From Azolla caroliniana (Eukaryota > Plantae > Polypodiophyta): a stretch of DNA of 64,000 nucleotides. Every line of letters starts with the position of its first letter. Position 1 is the first letter of the stretch. The stretch is taken from the NCBI GenBank assembly GCA_043228905.1, contig JBHGNT010000009.1, forward strand, positions 8,494,001 through 8,558,000, written 5' to 3'. Below are positions 1-11,655 of the stretch, piece after piece. A model generated the notes under the pieces. The model had not been told where the DNA came from, did no database searches, and saw only the letters and a program-made list of their open reading frames with translations. A program made the position numbers and the translations under genes.

Positions 1-3000
1 GTCTCTAGAATTAGTGGGCCGGATTCCTTAGTATTACCTTCCTCCGTCTCTCCTCCATCTTCCGTCTCTTCGGTCTCACGTTGCCTTTCGATCGCAACTG
101 TTGAAGTCTCTGGAGTTAGCAATGGGAAAGTCTCAACAGGACCAATCGCCATTGACTCGTTCATAGCCCTCTCCGACTCGATGTCGTTTTTCGTGGCTAT
201 CTCTTCAATCTCATGCCCTCGCTTGATCTTCCCATCCGCTTCCGGATTGTAGGCAGTCGCGAGGGAGAGCTTCACGCCTAGTCGTTCGAAGAGCTCTGTC
301 GCTTCGTTCGCATCCAACTCCCCTCGGTCGGCCACTATCTTCCCCACACATCCGTATCGGCAAACAACCTCTTCAAGCAGAAATTTGCAAATGGCTGAAG
401 TCGTGTTATTTGTCAAGGCTCGTCCTTCCACTTGATTTGTCAAGTCTTCTCTTGCGAGCACTAAGTACTTCATTTGTCCCACTCCCATTGGCATCGAGAC
501 TAGATCCACCATCCATTTGAAGTGTATGGTGAGTGGGTATGTTGGCTGTAACTCATCATGATGACGTATATTTGAATATATTTGGCAAGTTTTGCATGTG
601 GACACGAAATGGAGTACATCTTTGTACATGCTTGGCCACCAGTACTTCTCCTTCAACTTTTCGAACATAGCCCATGTTCCTCTATGACTTGCCCAAGCAC
701 TCTCCTGGAATTCGGTCATCAGCGTCTCTTGCTCTTCTTTCTTCACCACCACTCGACGTGGTATTCCTGTCCTTCTTTTTGGATGTCGCCAAAGGAATCC
801 TCCCTTCAAGAAGTATCAGTAAGCTTTCTTCCCGACTCGTAGGGCCTCCTCCTTTGTCAACGAAGCATCTGTCGTCAATGTTCTTAGGAATCTACTGATT
901 AGTAACCACTCTCCTTCATACTTGTTCTCGTTGAAGGCGTGGAGGGTTTGCGTGTCCTGGTCTTCCGCCGACAATCGAGCCATCTTGAAGAAGTCGAGGG
1001 CGACATCTGTTAGGAAACAGGTCCCTCCGAATGGGAAGGGAGAAGAACAGTGTTGATGAGCAAACTCGGCCGAGGCCGATAGGCCTCGCCCGAAACCGGA
1101 TGAGGAGTACCCGGCTACGGAGAGTCGGATAGCGTAGACCCGGTGAGAACCGGATGAGGAGTACCCGGCTACGGAGAGCCGGATGGTGCAGACCCGGTGA
1201 GAACCGGATGACGAGTGCCCGACAAGATCCGGATGATGCAGGCCCGGTGAGGAGCGCTCTTCGGATGAAGAGACATACTCGTAAATATGTTTCTGAGAGT
1301 CCATCGTGGCTATATTTGTAAATAGCCGAAAAGTCATATTAGTATAAATATGACTTAGGGCAAACTTTTTGATGTTAGTTTTTTTTTGTTGTTGTCATTC
1401 TTGTTGGTGCAAGAAGAGAGAGCGCGTAACAGTGTACAGAGAGTGAGAGAGAGGAAGAGGTCGGTGCCTCTGTTGTAACCGCTGCCTGTGGCGAAGGTCA
1501 TGAGCGCGAGGTCGTTGCCTCCGTGAGCTCACTGTTGTAATCATTGTGATATAGTGATAGTTTGGAGTCTGTGGACTCCCGTGGTTTTTCCCTCTCAGGG
1601 TTTTCCACGTTAAACATCCTGTGTACTTTTCTCTCCTTTGTGTCGTGTATTTTCGTTTCCCGTTTTCTGCGTATGATTCTAAGCTCGGTTGTGGCCAAGC
1701 ATTGCGCATAGGGAGTGTGCAGTTCTTGTCAACATCTTCATCTTCCGAAACCATGTCACTTCCATTTGAAAATCTTGCCCTCGACAACATGTCAGCCATG
1801 GCGTTCTTCTTCCCTGCAATGTGACGGATCTCTGGGTTTAAAGACTTGATGTAGGCGATCCACCTTAGCATAGTAAGATCTGGGGTCGCACATCCCGAGA
1901 CCGTTCCGAGAATTGGGAGACAATCTGTCTCTATTATCACTTCCGACCCGATCAGGTAATCTTTGTCCATCTTCACTGCCGACACAATACCCCAAAGTTC
2001 CCGCTTGACTTGGGCATATCTTTGTTGCCGTTCGCTGAGAACCTTTGCTCCGAACCGGACGGCATATCACGCATTATCTTCTCCTTCTTGATTAATGACC
2101 CACCCGATTCCAGTTGGGCTCGTATCTACGGTCACGTAAATCGGCTTCCCTTCGGCATAGTCGGCCTTCCTTAGTGCCGGAGCTTCAAGAAGCAGTTTCT
2201 TCAATCTTCGCATCGCATTTGTGTGCTCGTCTCGCCATTCGAACTTCATTCTTTTCTGTAGTAGTCCATATAACGGTTCGACGACATGAGCGTAGTGCGG
2301 AATCCAGATGTGATAAAATACGCATGCTCCAAGGAACCTTCTAACCTCCGTTTGGTTTTCGCATTCTTCTTTCATGTCTTGGATTGCGTTCACTTTGTAT
2401 GGCGACGAAGGCTTCCGGCCGTATGCCCCACACAAGTGGCCTACCACCAAGATCTCCGGTTGCCCGAATGCGGATTTTTCTCCCGAAAATGTCAAATTCG
2501 CATCTTCGAGCCTTTGAAGTACCTTCTCGCAATCTTTCATATGATCTGCAACGAACTTTCTACAACCTTCCTTATCTTTCGATTCATCTTTCTCCTCATC
2601 CGAACATCCTTTTATCGGAATATCATCCAAGAATGGCATCGTGATGTCCGGGATGCAATCCTTCAAGACTTTATTCATGGCATTCACCATATGAGCCACC
2701 GAGTTTGTTGCGCCTTGGGGTAAGGTACACATCCGCACAAGCCTGATCGGAGTCCTCATGGTTGTAATGTCCCGACTGTCGATCGCCAATTGGAATTGGT
2801 CATATCTGGAGTAGAGATCGCCAATGGAGTAGATGGACCGGCCCGCAAATGCTTCGGCAAATTCGTGCACGCTTGGACCGATTCCGGCATTTCGAATTGT
2901 CACCTTGTTGACGGGTTGAAGATCTCGGATGAATCGCAATGATCCATTCTTCTTCGGCATCGTGAACCACCTATTGGAATAAGGAGCATTCGACGGTTCT

Positions 3001-4268
3001 AGAATTCCCATACACCTTCTCCTTTAAGAGCTCGATAAGCTTCAGAAGGTGTGCTCTCGGAACCGGTATCGGTTTCAAATTCCAAGGCACATGAGGCACC
3101 GTGAAGATCACCATCGGCTCTATAACCTTTGGGTCGGCGCATCCGATTTCTCGTGGGAAGAATGCGAAAGCCTTCCCATGTCTCTCAAGCATATCGCGAA
3201 ACATTCGCTCCTCTTCAGGGAGAAGGAAATCCTCCTTTCCAACTCGTAGCTTCTCCTTCGTCTCTTTGGTGAAGACATGACCTATCTTCTTCAGATCTCT
3301 TAAGCTTGGATTGTTAGCAACTTCCTTCATCTTTTGCCAGCTATCTTCCGGTAGCGGAACCGCAACTGGCTTGATCTTCTTATCCACCGTTTTATATTTC
3401 GTGTTGATGTCAGCTTCCTTCATCGAGATGCCACGACAGTATTCATCGATGATAGCGTACATGTTGACAGAGTTAACTGAAATCACGCGTTGGCCATGAA
3501 GATAGCTCAAGTCCACGACGTCCTTGATTTCTCCGATGGTGTCGTTAAATGAGGCTTCTTCCATAATATGAGTCATGAACTCTCTTTCTTCTATTATGTT
3601 TTCTTTTTTCAGTATCTTCTCGAATTCTTGTATCCGACGCTTGTCCTTCTTGTCGGGTAGTACTAGTTTACATGCGCCACTAGGTGTGACACATGTTGCT
3701 TCTCCTCACAATCCATGCACTCTTCTTTCTTGTGGGGTCTTGTGATTGCTTGGACTATTTGTGCCCCATGCTTCAATAGTCCGCTCTAAAAATCCAAGGA
3801 TTCGCCTCCGAGACTATCTCGATTCCTTTCATGATTGGCTCGCACCGTTAGGAATTGGACCGATCTTTGGTTGTCAAGACTCTTTATTCGTGCGAAGGTT
3901 GCTCCATTATCGAACACTTTGGTCTCCATCCGAGATGACGTGATATACGGTTGTCCTAGGATGACAGGATGCGACGCCGATTCTTGTACAAAGAAGTGTT
4001 GATCCATCTCCACATCCCCGATCGTGACTTTGACATTCGGACAAGCTCCGTACAAGTCCTCCGTAGACTTTGTTGCCGTGCGAATCTTCCATCCATGGTT
4101 TGTATTGATTGGCCATCTTCCTTTTTTGTAGAAGTCGGTTGACATGAGGTTGATCTCTGAGCCATGGTCGATCAAAGCTACCACGGTCTCTTTCTTCTCC
4201 CCGATCTTCACCGGCGTCTCCGTTGTCGCTCGTGCCCAATGAGGTCGAGTATAGTGGTTGTCCACCAT
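1..4268 (-). pseudogene. pol: Disrupted gypsy pol (protease, RT, RNase H, integrase)
   Basis: ORFs 3786-4268, 2971-3576, 2067-3011, 1395-1985 and 816-1337 carry successive pol motifs. The reading SEDEDV|ALDFFK is split by the solo LTR at 1008-1731. Confidence 0.9.
1008..1731 (+). mobile_element. Solo LTR (724 bp, probably copia-type) inserted in the gypsy pol
   Basis: TG...CA ends with perfect 5-bp TSD ACATC (1003-1007, 1732-1736). Host reading frame rejoins when it is removed. Contains GGGTTTTCCACGT, common in plant copia LTRs, and ~60-bp internal repeats at ~1095-1250. Confidence 0.88.
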
Positions 4269-4280
4269 AACTTCATCGAC

Positions 4281-5990
4281 TTAGTCTCTTGCCATCATTA
4301 TGGCATTCGTTTTTGCTTTTTGCGGCTTCTCTTCTTCCTTGTCCGATTGTTGTCTTTTTCTCTTTACAAGGTCCACGATCGTGTCATGGAACTCCTTCTT
4401 CGTAATGCCAAGTAATTCCCTTAAGGACAAAGTCACGTGGCTATCAAGAACTCGTTCTTCGAGAATCTTCTTTAGGTCCGTTGTCTGCTCTATGTCCGAC
4501 CTTAGCTTATAGGTAGGTATAGTCCTTGGCCTCCGAGCAGGGTCGTCGACACCAACCTTCACGGGCCGAACCCTTTCTTCAACTCGTATGCTCGGCTCCC
4601 CTTTTCGGCTTGATTCTCATTCCTCCGTTTGTAAAGGTCGACTCGTCTCCGCATCATCCTTCTTTTTCGCGTTCCTTGTTTCATGTCTTTTTGATGGTCC
4701 TTGCTCTTCTATTCTTTTTCTCTTTTCCTAGAAGAACACCTCGTGGTTGTCGCACATCACCTCCGCGAGTATGGTGTTGTCGTCCACCGGATCCGACCAC
4801 CCGGTTATGCTTTGCACACTTCGGTCCGCAAGCTCTGCCTCGTTCGATGTGACCTTCCCCATCTTATCATACTCGAGAACGGAAGACCAAAACTTGGCTC
4901 CCACTTTCGCAACTTCATTTCTGTCTTTCCCGACTCTTATTCCGGCCGACGCAGCATAGCGCATCACATCCACATGAGTCGCATCGGCATCCTCCATAAC
5001 TTTCTTCATTCCTACTCTTCCGAAATTCACCCGTAGGGGTCTTCTAGTCTCGCTCGAGTAGATCATGTTGTCATCAATGTACACGATATTTTGTCGGATC
5101 GCCTCTCGAAGGCTCGCACAATCCCTTCTCATGTGGTCCATGCTATCGCACCACACGCATCTAAAGGGTTCTTTTCCTTTGGGGCCCTGACGATTCATGT
5201 TGGCTAGCGTGACCTTCTCGAACTTCTTCGCTAGCTCTTCAATGATGTCATCATCAATCTTCTTCTCTTCTAAACTACTTTGTTTGGGTGGCTCAGCTAC
5301 TTTCGGTTGTCTTGTTTTCTCCGCAACAATCGATCCCGCCAAGTCGGTGTCATCAACCCACTAACGACGCTTGTCGAGCCTATTGCATGCTCGCTTTACC
5401 GCAACCTAGTCTGCCACAAGCCCGCTTGCTTGGGTATCATCTTCGAGGAGAGTCCCCAACTCTCTTCTATCCTTCATGTCCACGGCCTTCAAGAAGTACA
5501 AAGTCTTGTCCTCTTCAAGCAACACTTGGTCTGTGTTGGGGAGACGACTAAACATCTGGTCGAATTCGTCGTACACCCTCGAGACACTCATCTTCTTATT
5601 CTTCTTCTCTATCCACTTCATCAGGGCATGTCGAGTCATCCTCGTTGAGTCTTCAGTCGCGAACTCCGCTAGTATCGTTTTCTTGAACTCAGGCCATGTT
5701 GTCTTACCTTCTTGAAGCTCGATGACGCGTCTTTGGATGTTATTGGCGACAACTCTCTTGAAGCTTGCGATTTGACGTGCTTCGGACACGTCCCTCTGAT
5801 TCATCTCCCTTCTATATGTATCAAGGAACTTCGTAACGTTCCTTCCATCAAATTGACCCTCGAGCTCTACGACACGGTCGACGGCCTTCTCCACGCTCGC
5901 ATCGTTGTCTCGAGATCTCATCATTTGTTTGACGATTAACATCATTCTTTCGAGCTCTCCCGCTTGGTTGCTTGAGGACGCCATCTCCAA
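4281..5990 (-). pseudogene. gag: Disrupted gypsy gag with CCHC zinc knuckle
   Basis: ORFs 5406-5990, 4728-5342 (CX2CX4HX4C) and 4281-4562, just downstream of the PBS. Confidence 0.85.
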
Positions 5991-6025
5991 GTATTAATCT
6001 CGGCTTGATCCTTCCTACCGCCTCT

Positions 6026-6043
6026 TTCACGTCGGGTTCACCA
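6026..6043 (-). promoter_or_regulatory. Primer-binding site complementary to tRNA-Trp 3' end
   Basis: Plus strand reads TTCACGTCGGGTTCACCA, the plant cytosolic tRNA-Trp 3' end as I recall it, 8 nt from the LTR terminus at 6052. Confidence 0.8.
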
Positions 6044-6051
6044 CTTAATTA

Positions 6052-7165
6052 TGTCGTGAAGATCCGTCACTACGCGCCGATCGTGAGGCGGAACCGCCGG
6101 GGTTCTGGACCGGAAGGACTTGAAGTTGGCACAAGCATTAGCGAGAAAGTACTTAAGCTAGATTGAAAGAGAGAGAGAGCTTGAGATAGAATAGAATGCT
6201 TGACTTTAGATTGAGAGAGATTAAGATTGAACTCTTGATTTTAGATTTTAAGAAACAAGTTACACGATCAATTCGATAACGAATTCTCTTCTTCTTAATT
6301 TCATAACCAAAAAAAGCCTAACCCTTCTTCTTTTTCATCCCTTCTTTTATAGATGTTCTCATGCATATGATGCATGTGAGGGTATAAGACATGCATAAAA
6401 TGCGTGTTTGCCATTTGGCGCTCATGTATTACATGTGGTGCATGTTAACCATGTCACTCATTTTAGCTCTCATGTATGAGAATTTCCATGTAAAAGTACA
6501 ATGATAGAAATATAATTTCAATTAAATATCTTGGCTTAGTTGTAAGCCAATTGACTCCTAACTTGGAGGTGCAAGGTTCGAATCCTTGCTTGTCCTCCTT
6601 GTATATGTATATATATTTATATATTTATTTATCTAGTCGTCGGTTGCCGTCGCCATGCGTCGGATGGCGCCGGTTGTCGGTGGCCGCCACCTCGCCGGTT
6701 GCCGCCGGATGCCGGTGCGCTGCCAGATGTCGATTACGCCGGCTCGCCGGTTGTCGGTGTGCCACTGGATCACCGGCTCCATCGCTGATCCGGTTTTGGT
6801 TGGCCAAAACCTTTACGAGTGGCTAAGCCACCTCAACTCTTAGTTCAAGTTACCTTGAACTCTCTATGCTCCACACACAAACACAAGGATAATAGCTTTT
6901 GCTCTACCTTATATATGATGAGAGCCGTATTTGTCGTGCCTATGTGGGATATCTCACAGTTTTCTCTTTTCCTTTCACAAACTTTATACCCTCATATCTT
7001 GACATCTAGTTGTCCGTTTCTCATGTAATAAAGTGCATTCGAAAGCTCTTGAAGACCTCCATCATTTTGTACTTAGATACTTCACTATTATTGTTTTATG
7101 TGATTCATACTCGATTTTGTACGTTTTATGTGATTTTCACACCATTGCCAAAAATCTTCACGATA
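6052..7165 (-). mobile_element. Gypsy LTR (1114 bp) flanked by a PBS on one side and a PPT on the other
   Basis: Inverted termini TGTCGTGAAGAT...ATCTTCACGATA (1 mismatch). Minus-strand PPT GGTGGGGGTGGA at 7166-7177 and PBS at 6026-6043. Confidence 0.8.
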
Positions 7166-7860
7166 TCCACCCCCACCAAACCGCATGTCCTCTAGTACGT
7201 GCCAAGAAGAGAGAAAGTGAGATTTTAGCTACGGTGATCAATCAGATTCCTCTCTGTCTTCATTTACATCCGCCCTATTATGTTCATAGTTGAGGTGATC
7301 GAGGTCAGGATTCTCGTCTAGTCTTTTCTTGAAAATCTTTACTCTTTTTCCCGCAATGGGTACGACCAACCTTGATCCGTCTAGCTCTGCAAGGTGGTAT
7401 GTGGCATTATCGTTGGCACTTGTCACCACATACGGCCCGAACCATCTTCTTGCGAACTTTCTTGTTGTTGTATCGGTTGATCCTCGACTTGATCCTTCCT
7501 ACCGCCTCTTTCACGCCGGGTTCACCACTTTATTATGTCGTGAAGATCCGTCACTACGCGCGGATCGTGAGGCGGAACCGCCGGGGTTCTGGACCGGAAG
7601 GACTTGAAGTTGGCGCAAGCTTTAGCGAGAAAGTACTTAAGCTAGATTGAAAGAGAGAGAGATTGAGATAAGATAGAACGATTGATTTTAGATTGAGAGA
7701 GATTAAGATTGATACTATTGACTTTAGATTTGAAGAACAAGATGGATAACGAATTTTCTTCTTAATATTAATTTTGGTACAAAGTACAAAGCTCTTGATA
7801 AGAATTTTTAAATTACAAAATCCCCCATTGATCTTTTTCATTCGCTCTTTTATAGATGCC
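7166..7860 (-). mobile_element. Internally deleted gypsy copy: partial 5' LTR, PBS, integrase C-terminus, PPT
   Basis: 7485-7860 repeats ~5997-6355 (PBS 7510-7527, LTR end 7536). The leader is joined directly to an integrase C-terminal fragment (WFGPY.VTSANDNATYHLAELDG) and the PPT; internal region is only 370 bp. Confidence 0.75.
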
Positions 7861-8500
7861 CTGAAGACTCAACAAGGATGACTCGACATGCCCTGATGAA
7901 GTGGTTAGAGAAGAAGAATAAAAAGATGAGCGCCTGGAGGGTATACGACGAATTCGACCAGATGTTTGGCCGTCTCCCCAACACAGATCAAGTGCTGCTT
8001 GAAGAGGACAAGACTTTGTACTTCTTGAAGGCCGTAGACATGAAGGATAGAAGAGAGTTGGGGACTCTCCACGAAGATGATACCCAAGCGAACGGGCTTG
8101 TGGCGGACTGGGTTGCGGTGAAGCAAGCATGCAACAAGATCGATAGACGTCGTCGATGGCTTGATGGTATTGACTTGGTAAGGCCGATCATAGAGGAAGC
8201 AAAACCATCCAAAGAAGTAGAGACGCCTAAACAACGCATGCAACATGAAAAGAAGATTGATGATGAGTCGAGGACGATGATGACCATTTCAAAGGAGGAC
8301 AAATGTTTCAGAACATGCGTCGTGTTCGAAACAAAGAATGATGAAGGAGCAAGCCTAATCGAAGCTTGCATTAAAGGAGATAAAGAGTGCGAGATCGACA
8401 TGATAGAGGATCTAGCCACTAAAATCGAGGAGGTGGCTATGAGCAAGACAACAAGAGTCGACAACAACCATGGCGAGATTTTCTCCGCACCTATACTAGA
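7861..8500 (+). pseudogene. Inverted fragment of the gypsy gag
   Basis: N-terminal part of ORF 7878-8780 (MTRHALMKWLEKKNKKMS...DRRELGTL) is nearly identical to the minus-strand gag 5406-5990. Confidence 0.85.
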
Positions 8501-8519
8501 GACTTCGGTAGTTGCGTCC

Positions 8520-9900
8520 GCTAAACAAAGACTGACCCTTTTCCGGCTTTCCCAGATCCTTCGGCATAGTGTGATCGCTATCGATTTTCTTTGTTGGTCT
8601 GTCCGGAACCTGATCCGGATCCGGTCCTCTCCAAATCAGCACGCTTCTTCCAGCACTGGCTCTCCTTGTGGCCTTTTTTGCCACAGTACTAGCATTCCGC
8701 GACAGACTTCCCTTGCTGGTTCTCATCGCCTCGACTCCCCCTTTTCCGGAGGGTCCGGAATTGTTGTTGGCATCACTTGAGTGCCTTCTTCCTTGATCCC
8801 GTCGGCCGCCTCCATTGCGCACCGACTCGCCTCGTCCGCCACGACCACAGGGCCTATCTCCCTTCGTATACAACATCTTGTTGTCGGCATGTGTGCTTGT
8901 TGACGCACCCGCGTGGTTCTCCTCTATAAGGAATATCGACTGTAAGTTGAAAAACGACGGCGTATTCTCTCGTGTACACACAATAGTTCGGAACGCTCCA
9001 AACTTCGACGCCAGTCCCCCAAGACAAATTTGCACCATCTCGCCTTCCTCGACATTCACATCGATAGAGGCTAAGGAGTCGCATATCTCTTTGATCTTTG
9101 AGGTGTAATCAGCCACCGACAAGTCGTGTTGTCATAAATTGCCCAACTCCTGTCAGAGTTGAAGCTTCCTGGCTATGGTGCTTGCGGCGAAGATCTTCTT
9201 CAGATTTCCCCAAGCATCCTTTGGCGTTTTCGCATCCCGAATATAGCTCAGGAGATGTTCGCCCACACAAGACGCGAAGTAGTACAGTACTCTGCTCGCT
9301 AACTGTTCCCACACCGGGAAATCTCTGTGTGTCGATTCGGGTGTTGTGTCATTTGCTCCGTCGACATAGCTCTAGTAACCGTGCCCGAGCAGGTACTGGT
9401 GCATCTTGTAGGACCAAGACGCGTAGTTGTTTCTGTCGAGTTTCTCGGTAGGAAGCGAGCTAGCCATGCCTCTATCCATTTTGTTTTTCCTGTTCTTCTT
9501 GGTTAGTTTTCTTTTCAAGCTATGTCGGCTGCAGAGGTTCTCAACCCTCGCGCTTTGATACCATGAAAAAGATTATGTGCGGAAGATATTGAAAACTGAA
9601 CACAGAAAATACGCAGGTTTAATGGAGAGCTAGAATATGCACAATACGCGGGAGAGAGAGAGAGAGAGAACACAGAAACTCAATTCAAAATAATACTCAA
9701 TCTGTACATACACCGTGCTCAGTGAGCAGCTTTTATACAAGCCCTGACAATAGGGCTGACACAAGTATTGACAGTACTTGACCGCTCATAAATGAGCCTA
9801 CTACACTAACTCCCAAAGTTATTCCTTACGAGGAATATCTTCCCAACGGCCATGTTATGCGTACCGATTTACGCACCCAATCTACGCACTGGGTTACGCA
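8520..9900 (-). mobile_element. Truncated copia element (LTR, PBS-Met, gag), same family as 54830-59715
   Basis: ORF 8496-9122 (MSVADYTSKIKEICDSLAS...) is closely similar to ORF 55681-56799. PBS TGGTATCAAAGCG at ~9551-9563, LTR-like sequence from 9564; far LTR end not resolved. Confidence 0.85.
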
Positions 9901-9919
9901 TCATATTACGCACTAATGT

Positions 9920-11436
9920 TGAGCTTGTCTCTAAACAAAAACCAATTGACGGAAATGTAAGGACGAAGGCCGGAATCGCCATACAGTGGGCGAGAGTGGC
10001 CGGAGTGACCGGATAGCAGCCCAAGTGTCCGGAGTGGACGGACAACAATCAGAGTGGCCAAAGTGGCCGGACAACAGTTGCAGCAGTCGGATAGGCCGAG
10101 AGTGGCCGGATAGGATGGCAGTCGAACATCATCCGGATGATGACCTAATAAAGCAGCCGGACCAGCCGGATTGTGGTGGCTAGACAACCAACGGACGGAG
10201 CGGTGGCGACAACCAGATACCATGGACAAAGAAAGTGGTATCGGCCTTACAATAGCCCGATAGTGGTAATGGCCAAATTGCGGCCAAAGCAGCGGCCAGA
10301 CCAATTTCCAGAATGCACATAATGACCAGACAGCAAGCCAGACGGCCCGGACAGAGACAGGTCGAATAGTCAGAGGAATTGGGGACCGGATGGACATGTG
10401 CCGAGTAGCGATGGCCGAACAATGATATAGAGATGGAGACGACAAAAACAAACACAACAGACAAATGGAAATAAATCTTCTCATCACCACCGCCACTGCC
10501 ACCGTCAACACATAGGTGCAGAAGATGATGACGATGAATACCCGGAAGAAGGCAGAGGAGGACGAGGAAGAGAAAGAAATAAGGACAAAAGCGAAGGTCG
10601 AGATAGACAAGCACTAGTAGAGAAGGATTAGGAAGAGGAGATGAAGAAAGAACAAGAAAATGCAGAAAATAAGAAGAAACAGAGAGACGGGAGAAAGAAC
10701 GATAAGAAGAAGAGACAAGGAAAACAACCTAAAGAAAAACAAAAAACAATAAGAGGAAGAAGAGAGGGAAAAAAGAAAAACATAGGGGCATGTGAAAAAT
10801 TTCAGAAACATGAGTGTATACCAACAAATTTCATAAACATAAGAGTACAATATAAAATTTTAAAAATCAAAGGGCACCTACGGGATTTCGAAAACTCCTA
10901 AACCTAAAAGAAATGAACGCGATCCACACACAATTCACAAGATACAAAGAAGAACACACATACATACAACGTTTTTTAACGACCCGAATGATGTTACCGA
11001 AGTTCGTCAACCGACAGAACGAGAATGGTCGTGTCGATGAAGATTCGCTGACCGACAAAGATATTCGAGTCAAGCGCTCCGATCGAGGGAGTTGATCGTT
11101 GAAAGGACCGATGGAAGTTCCGGTCGAAGAATGATTATGATCAAGGCATGTGGGATCGACGTGCAAGGCACTCTCCCACGGGCGTGCCATATTGTGTTAC
11201 CGTACAAGACGTACGTGTGATTGATAAGTGTGATAAGTGAGGGTGAAAGATGTAATGTGTTGATATGTATGTGTAATGTTATACGATTATGAGTGTGAAT
11301 GTAAGTGTGAGTGTGGTGGATACAAAGAGGTGTGAGTGAGTGACTAGGTGTGAATGCCAAGGGGGCTTGCACCCTTGTGTATCTACCCTTTTGGACCTAT
11401 TTAACCCCTTATGGGGAATGAATGAATACAATGATC

Positions 11437-11478
<42 letters not shown>

Positions 11479-11614
11479 AATCCCCTTGGGAGGGGGGTGG
11501 AGCCATTCTAGGCACCACCCCCCACCCCTCAATGCTTGTCTTGTTCTTCATGTTCTCTCTCACCATCATACCATTCATCATCTCCACCATTACACCATGT
11601 CTATTTTTTTAACA
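9920..11614 (+). mobile_element. Non-coding 3' region plus LTR (11195-11614) of an LTR-element family also present at 22356-26305
   Basis: LTR TGTTACCG...TTTAACA is homologous to the reverse complement of 22356-22698 (CCCCTTGGGAGGGGGGTG.AGCCATTCTAGGC). Upstream sequence resembles the reverse complement of ~22700-23700. CTCCCACGGGCGTGCCA lies just before the LTR. Confidence 0.7.
11439..11476. repeat. (CT)n microsatellite
   Basis: Direct reading; lies inside the LTR. Confidence 0.95.
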
Positions 11615-11655
11615 TCAATCATTATCATTAACCCTAACCCTAAAAACGTACAACA

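Larger units (their letters stand above)
1..7165 (-). mobile_element. Decayed Ty3/gypsy LTR retrotransposon (5' LTR, PBS, gag, PR, RT, RH, IN; runs off the left edge)
   Basis: Minus-strand ORF fragments in gypsy order: gag (5406-5990; 4728-5342 with knuckle CVWCDSMDHMRRDC), protease (ALIDHGSEINL, 3786-4268), RT (LPQGATNS...FLDD, 2067-3011), RNase H (VDTSPTGIG...ETDC...NAMADMLSR), integrase toward 1-900. Many stops and frameshifts. Confidence 0.93.

Noticed and set aside
6531-6589. Functional tRNA gene
   Set aside because: No acceptor stem and a non-standard anticodon arm; kept only as a tRNA-like segment.
9906-10901. Low-complexity ORFs (hydrophobic or Lys-rich) as genes
   Set aside because: They arise from purine-skewed non-coding LTR-element sequence and show no domain motifs.
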